A program made the position numbers and the translations under genes. Shown piece by piece: positions 56,960 to 64,000 of a DNA stretch of 64,000 nucleotides. Position 1 is the stretch's first letter. Each line of letters opens with the position of its first letter. The stretch covers positions 277,636,001 through 277,700,000 of the forward strand of contig OZ024742.1 in the NCBI GenBank assembly GCA_964016885.1. The letters run 5' to 3'. The notes beneath the pieces are model-generated. The model did not search any database, was not told the DNA's origin, and saw only the letters and a program-made list of their open reading frames with translations. The DNA is from Eledone cirrhosa. Its lineage: Eukaryota.

Positions 56960-58440
56960 TCATGAAATTACAAGTTATCTCCTTGGGATATCACTCAGTG
57001 GTTTTAAAGTTTTTTCCATTGATCGTAGCAGAATCGGGAGTGGCCTTAGCTCGTCGTTTACAATTTTCTGTATGTTTTTCACAGTCAAAAAATGATGACA
57101 CTTCAACTTTGGTTTTAAATTAGGGAAGTGTTAAAAATCACACGGAGTTACATCTGGGCTGTAGGGTGGATGTGGAAGAGTAGGAATGTGTTTCTTCGCT
57201 AGAAATTCTCTAATTGACTGTGCTGTGTGAGCAGGCGCATTGTCATGGTGCAGTACTCAATATCCTGCAATATCCTTTCGGACTTCCTGAACTCATTTTC
57301 GAAGTCATGCCAAGACATCTGAGTAGAAGGTACAATTAACTGTCTGTCTAAGGTAAAAGTTCTGTTTAAAAAAATGAAAATCATTGATTTCACACTGGAT
57401 CTACTCATGCATGCTTTCTTCAGACGAGGAGAATTTTTCGTGTACCTCTCCTCACTGCCGTTTTGTTTCTGGATCGTACTCGAACATCCATGATTTCTTG
57501 TTATTATTTTATCCAAGGGGGCGGTGAATTGGCAGCATGGGCGGTGAATTGGCAGTATCGGCAGAGTCGGACATGCTTTCCAGCATAGTTACGTCCCTTT
57601 ACGATCTGAGTTCAAATCCGGCTGAGGTTAACTTTGCCTTTCATCCTTACGGGGTCGATAAAATAAAGTACCAGTAATGTACTGATAATTACTGGCCTTG
57701 TGCCTAAAATAGAAACAATTATTTTATCCAAGAAAGGGCGGTGTATTGGCAGTATCAGTAGGGCGGTGGATTGACAGTATCGGTAGAGAGTCCGATACCA
57801 TGCTTTGCAGCATAGAGTTACGGTCCTTTACGGTCTGAGTTCAAATCCCGACGAGGTTAACTTTGCCTTTCATCCTTACGGGATCGATGAAATAAAGTAC
57901 CAGTGACGCACTGAGATCGATTTAATCGACTTTCCCCTCCTCCCAAATTGCCTTGTGCCTATATAAGAAACCATTATTTTATCCAAGAAATGTGGCTCAA
58001 TTTCATGTCTTTCTAGCAAATCCTGACACATTTCCAACCGGTTCGCCTTTTCCTCTTCAGACAAGTGTTTAGACACTAGTTTTGCACACATTTTTCGCAT
58101 GTCCAAATTGTCTGTTCTGCAAGCACCCTAACACTTAATCGGCGACCTGTCGCTACCAACGCTCGCACCACTTCCACATTTTATTCATTTGTTGACGAGA
58201 CTGGCCTTCCAGAACGGGGTTCGTTTTCAACATTTTCACAACGCTCGTTGAAAGCTTTGTGCTACTTAAAAACCTTCTCGTCCATCTCCATAAGCTTTAA
58301 ATGTTTCAGTGGCAGATTTATTGATGTTCACACAAAATTCGATTGCATACCGTTGTTCGATATTTTCCTGAACCGTAAACGTAACAGAGGTTATAAACAC
58401 GACTGCATATAAACAGCAATAACTCACGACTAACTCCATT
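56960..58440 (-). mobile_element. Mariner relic interrupted by two SINEs (57517-57975, +)
   Basis: PRSGRP, MRKMCAKLVSKHLS, WMFEYDPETKRQ, HPPYSPDVTPCDF. Confidence 0.9.
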
Positions 58441-58579
58441 GATCATGTTGAAACAAGTATGTGGGTGCAGTCAAGGTCATAACCAACACTATATACATCA
58501 ATGTATCTGTCTCTGTCAGACACAGGCAGCCAGCGTGGGAGGTACTGTAGTATTAACTCGTCGTACTTTCATTTCGCAT

Positions 58580-59590
58580 GTAATGACGGAATGGTTGGAG
58601 CAACGATCTTGCATCAACTTTTACCAATAGCTTCGTAAACAATTCTAAAAACTCAACAGACTTTTAGTGGCACTAGGTTATTATTCAAATACAAGAATGG
58701 CACAACAGTTTCAAAGATGACATCATATTGGTGGAGAGTAGGAGCGTTTCGAGAGGCCATCAACAAGCCGCAATACAGTTGTTGACGCTGCAGAATAACG
58801 GCGAGGAGTTTGAGAACAGTAACGATTTTACACATGGAGTTTTAAAGGAGGATTCAGGCATGTAGAGTGGCAACAAAATTTGCGCACAAGCTACTTTCTT
58901 AGGAACAACTTCACCGTGAGGTTGTGCAGGACCTGCTGGATACTGCCAACAATGATCCTAATTTCCTGAATAACGTGATAACTAGACATGAGACGTGACT
59001 GTCAGGGTATAACACGCAGACCGAAGCTCAATCATTATAGTGGAAGCATCCAAAAGTTGTCCCCCCCCCCCGAAAAAAACACGTCAAGGTGATACTGACT
59101 GCCCTTTTCGACTATCGAGGCGTTGCGCATCATGAATATGCACCAGGACAAACAGTCACAAAATAATACTACCAGGAAGTCCTCCGAAGTCTTTATGATA
59201 CAGGTCGGCGCAAAAGACCGGATGCGTGGGTCTCGCAAAAACTGGCAGCTGCATCATGACAACTTTCCGATTCATTCGTCGCAGCTGACGCAAGGCTTCT
59301 TGGAAAAAGAATTTCATTCATCCGCAAGGTTCCGTACTCTCTAGACATGACTCCTGATTGCTGGTTGTTTCCAAAAATGAAGATGCCAATGAAAGGCTCC
59401 CATTTTAAGAGCTGAGAAAAACACCATACAGAGCAGAGAGGTATTTTTTAAAAAATATTTCAGACATGTATCGAACGGTAACAGTGTGTGCAGGCCCGAT
59501 GGGTCTATTTAAAAGTGGATTAGCAATTGAACCCCATCAAATACTTAATGTTTTCCCCAGCCTAAAGTCGGATAGGTTTTCGACAGCTGT
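58580..59590 (+). mobile_element. Mariner relic
   Basis: MTEWLEQRSCINF, FFDYRGVAHHEYAP, WQLHHDNFPIHSS, PYSLDMTP. Confidence 0.85.
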
Positions 59591-59625
<35 letters not shown>

Positions 59626-60187
59626 CCCGCCCCCCATATATATATATATATATATATATATGCAAACAAACAAACATACACACATATATATAGTCAGATA
59701 TATGTCTTTATATATGCATACATACATGCTCACACACTCATTTGTATATATAACATCATACAATTTTACGCCCATTTTACACGGGGGCATATGTCGTGGA
59801 CAGGTTATCGGGTTTTGGATCTAGTTAGGTTGGATGACCACGCCTTGATCATATGTTCCAGTTTGGTATGCTTTGTACGGCTGGATGCACTTCCTAACGC
59901 TAACCACCTTGCAGCATTTACTGGACGCAATTTATCATCACACTGACATAACCAGTTTACAGAGTTGGCTGGGTGTATTTTATCGTTGCATCAGCGTCAC
60001 CACGTTCAAAGAGCACTGGGTACGATCCAGTGTGGCATTAACTCCAAGACAATCGCTGTGTCTTCTACAAGGAGGACGTAGCAGCTATATGTTGCTTGCT
60101 GAGGGGAGGACAAGAAAGGAGAGTGCGAAAGCAGATGCAAGGCTTAAAATCTTCTAAATAGACGTTATTAGGCGTGGGTGATTGGCA

Positions 60188-60378
60188 AAGGGCGGTGGAT
60201 TGGCAGTATCGTTAGAGCGTCAGACACCATGCTTTGCAGCATAGAGTTATGGCCCTTTACATAAGTTCAAATCCCGCCGAGGTTAACTTTGCCTTTCATC
60301 CTTACGGGGTCGATAAAATAAAGTACCAGTAATGCACTGGGTAATTGCTGGCCTTATGTCAAAAGTAGAAACAGTTAT
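60188..60378 (+). mobile_element. tRNA-derived SINE (main family)
   Basis: Same core. Confidence 0.9.
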
Positions 60379-60636
60379 TTGGGGGCGGGTTTTTTTTTAA
60401 GCGTAGTGGTTAACGCATTTATTTAGCATCCAAGAGACGCGAGGTTCGATTCCTCGGAGACACCTGTCTATTTTATTCCGTCTCCCGGGTTATTCTAGTC
60501 AATTTTCCTAAATATAATTTATAGTAATCGATTATTATTATGGTGATTTGCGTTCGGACACACACATTTCAAATTTCAAGTTTTCTTAATGTTTATGTCA
60601 ACCGTTTATAAGCACACACACACACACATACACGTA

Positions 60637-60667
<31 letters not shown>

Positions 60668-61056
60668 TTGTACATAATATTTATGTATGTGTATATATAT
60701 ACTTTAGAGCAGAGTTTTTCAAACTTTTTGGGCCACTGCTCCACTCACGGCTACATAATACCCTCAGCGCTCCCAACCCTATTTTCAGAGAGACCTGCTT
60801 ACATGCAAAGTGTAAATAATACATAATAAATAAAATCGTTAAATTATATATGATAAATGATATAATATATACTATGTATAAATAAATATTATATATTTCA
60901 ATTTACTATAAATATGCATAATATATATCATTTGATATTTAATATACTATTATATCATCTCTAACGAACCCCCGCCGCCCCCTTACGCCCAGCGCCTCCT
61001 GGACCTCCTCATCGACCCCCCCGCCCGGGAAGTGGGAGCGCCCATTTTGAGTAATA

Positions 61057-61242
61057 GATAAAATAAAGTACCAGTAATGCCCTGTGCCAGCAATTACCCA
61101 GGGCATTACTGGTACTTTATTTTATCGACCCGTAAGGATGAAAGGCAAAGTTAACCTCGGCGGGATTTGGACTCAGACCATGAAGGGCCGTAACTCTATG
61201 CGTCAAAGCATGGCGTCCGACCTTCTACCGATCCTGGCAATA
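61057..61242 (-). mobile_element. SINE with short inverted duplication at its 3' end
   Basis: 61057-61084 is the reverse complement of about 61099-61126. Confidence 0.8.
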
Positions 61243-61360
61243 TAATGAACGGAAAAAAGTTTCTTTAACTGAAACTGGACATTATAATTCTCATTTCAAA
61301 CCACATCGTCACCAGCACCACCACCAACCACCATCACCAACCACCATCACCACCACCACC

Positions 61361-61394
<34 letters not shown>

Positions 61395-61574
61395 CTACCA
61401 CCAACCTCCTCAACTTCACCCTCATTCTTATCATCCCTATCCTCTTCTCTTCTTTTTCCTCCCCCTCTTCCTTCTCTTCGTCATCACTATCGATATCATC
61501 ATCATCCGCATCATCACCACACCATTGTCGCCATTAATGTCACTGTTGTTGTTGATGTTGTTCTCGTTTATAAC

Positions 61575-62520
61575 TTGTTGTTGTTGTTACTATTGTGTAT
61601 GTTGTTGTTGTTGCTATTGTGTATGTTGTTGTTGCTATTGTGTATGTTGTTGTTGCTATTGTGTATGTTGTTGTTGTTGCTATTGTGTATGTTGTTGCTA
61701 TTGTGTATGTTGTTGTTGTTGCTATTGTGTATGTTGTTGTTGTTGCTATTGTGTATGTTGTTGCTATTGTGTATGTTGTTCTTGTTGCTATTGTGTATGT
61801 TGTTGTTGTTGCTATTGTGTATGTTGTTGTTGTTGCTATTGTGTATGTTGTTGCTATTGTGTATGTTGTTGCTATTGTGTATGTTGTTCTTGTTGCTATT
61901 GTGTATGTTGTTGTTGTTGCTATTGTGTATGTTGTTGTTGTTGCTATTGTGTATGTTGTTGTTGTTGCTATTGTGTATCTTGTTCTTGTTGCTATTGTGT
62001 ATGTTGCTATTGTGTATGTTGTTGTTGTTGCTATTGTGTATGTTGTTGTTGCTATTGTGTATGTTGTTCTTGTTGCTATTGTGTATGTTGTTGTTGTTGC
62101 TATTGTGTATGTTGTTCTTGTTGCTATTGTGTATGTTGTTGCTATTGTGTATGTTGTTGTTGTTGCTATTGTGTATGTTGTTGCTATTGTGTATGTTGTT
62201 CTTGTTGCTATTGTGTATGCTGTTGCTGTTGCTGCTGTTGTTGTTGTTTTTTGCTATTGTGTATGTTGTTGTTGCTGTTGTTATTGTGTATGTTGTTGTT
62301 GTTGTTGCTATTGTGTTTGCTGTTGTTGTTGCTGTTGCTGTTGTCTATGCTGTTGTTGTTGCTATTGTGTATGTTGTTGTTATTGTTGTTGCTATTGTGT
62401 ATGTTGTTGTTGTTGTTGCTATTGTGTATGCTGTTGTTGTTGTTGCTGCTGTTGTTGTTGTTATTATTGTTGTTGTTGTTGCTATTGTATATGGTGTTAT
62501 TGCTGTTATTTACGTTGTTA
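61575..62520. repeat. Minisatellite (gtt)n-gctattgtgtat
   Basis: Dozens of units with variable GTT count; stop-free in all three plus frames. Confidence 0.95.
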
Positions 62521-63001
62521 TTCTTACGTCATTACAATGAGAACAGGTTAATCGTAACTTTTTTGTTTTACATAATATTTTTTTTTTTGCTGTTTTATTT
62601 ATTTCGTTTTTTTTTCTTTTATCTATTTGTTTATTATTGTTGTTTATGTTATTGCTGTTGTTGTTGTTGTTGCTAATATTCTACCTGCTTCTTTTAGTAT
62701 TTTTTTTTTCGAATATATTCGGCTATTTTTTGCCTTCCCTTTCATTATTAACCATTTTGGGGTTGACTTGGCAGATATCGGATGATATGGACCGTTAGAC
62801 ACGGATATTGAACCTATGAGCTAGGGTTCTTTGAGTTTTTTTTATTTGGTTGAGCGGCAGTTAGCGGTGGCGGTCAGTAATCAGAAAAAGGGGGCATGGA
62901 AGAATGGGTGCGTAAATTGAAAAGGGATTACGACAATGTGTTGGTATGTTGTGGTGTAGTGTGTGTAGTGTGTTGGGATACATACAACATATATATATAT
63001 A

Positions 63002-63041
<40 letters not shown>

Positions 63042-63236
63042 TATGTACACTCACACACACACACACACACAAACATATATGTATATATGTATAAATGATT
63101 TCCCTTTCTTCCAGGAGAAATTATACCTCAATGTTAGATGAAGAATACTGAAGTAAAACTAATAACGAACATGCTTACATTGCATTTGATTAAATGCAGA
63201 TACACACACCCACATACGCACACACATATGTACACA

Positions 63237-63310
<74 letters not shown>

Positions 63311-63348
63311 CACACACGCTCCGGCAGGGATTTTACATCTCTCTCTCT

Positions 63349-63396
<48 letters not shown>

Positions 63397-64000
63397 ATAT
63401 ACGTACACATTTGTGTATGCGTGCCCGCACTCATATCCACACACACAGAAACATATATCAACATACGAGCAATCACGCACACACTAACACACTGTCCCTC
63501 GCCTTCACATACTCACACACTCACATAGAGAAAGAGAAATGGGGAATCTATAACTACAAAGAAAATGGTGGAGACATAAAGACAGGGGAATGCTGGGCTC
63601 GCAAGGGCCGTTCCGTGTATTAGAATATCCTATCCATGAAAACAAAAAAGTATAAAAATGTAAACAAGCAAACAAAACAAAATAAAGAAATAAAGAAACA
63701 ATAGACTGAAACCTCTCAAATCTTCGTTTAACTATAAGAAATGAGAATAAAAAAAAACAAAAAACAAAAAGAAGAAACAAACAAATGATAAAACAAAAAC
63801 AAAACATACACGCACATATCCCACAAATACACTAATACACTAATACACACATAAATGCATATACAAACATACATAAGCATAAATGTAAATCCAAACACAC
63901 ATACACAAACGCAAACACACACAAACAAAAACATACACTTAAGCACAAACTCACATCAAATCACAAACACACTCATACAAACACACACATGTGTGCTCAC

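Noticed and set aside
60400-60465. tRNA gene
   Set aside because: D- and T-arm-like motifs present but anticodon and acceptor stems do not pair; pseudogene or SINE head
61525-62676. Three overlapping 318-383 aa ORFs (poly-C/L/V)
   Set aside because: Stop-free minisatellite; no coding evidence
62896-62943. Short first exon MEEWVRKLKRDYDNVL followed by GTATGT
   Set aside because: Too short and without recognisable homology; plausible by chance

Overview
AT-rich, microsatellite-dense animal genomic DNA with no confidently identifiable host gene; the tRNA-derived SINE family and repeat style suggest a cephalopod (octopus-like) intron or intergenic region (inference). Contents: one near-full-length Penelope-like element (PLE; RT + C-terminal GIY-YIG, 36.9-40.9 kb), three 5'-truncated GIY-YIG PLE remnants, decayed R4/Dong, Tx1/L1 and CRE LINE pieces, an RTE-derived non-autonomous family, five Tc1/mariner relics, a hAT relic, Helitron-type 3' ends and about a dozen SINEs. 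The main unexplained signal is a dense set of mutually unrelated, non-coding fold-back (palindromic) or circularly permuted modules, nearly all sitting inside (TA)n tracts and most carrying a type I hammerhead ribozyme (HHR) motif (about 20 motifs read by eye, some degenerate). They look like PLE-mobilised, retrozyme-like elements. Notable details: an octamer+TATA promoter-like pair at near-identical spacing in two families, one copy starting exactly at the predicted cleavage site, fold-back points inside HHR stem II, and recurrent non-canonical HHR cores. Most ORFs in the supplied track are microsatellite artefacts. All folds and coordinates were read by eye and are approximate.
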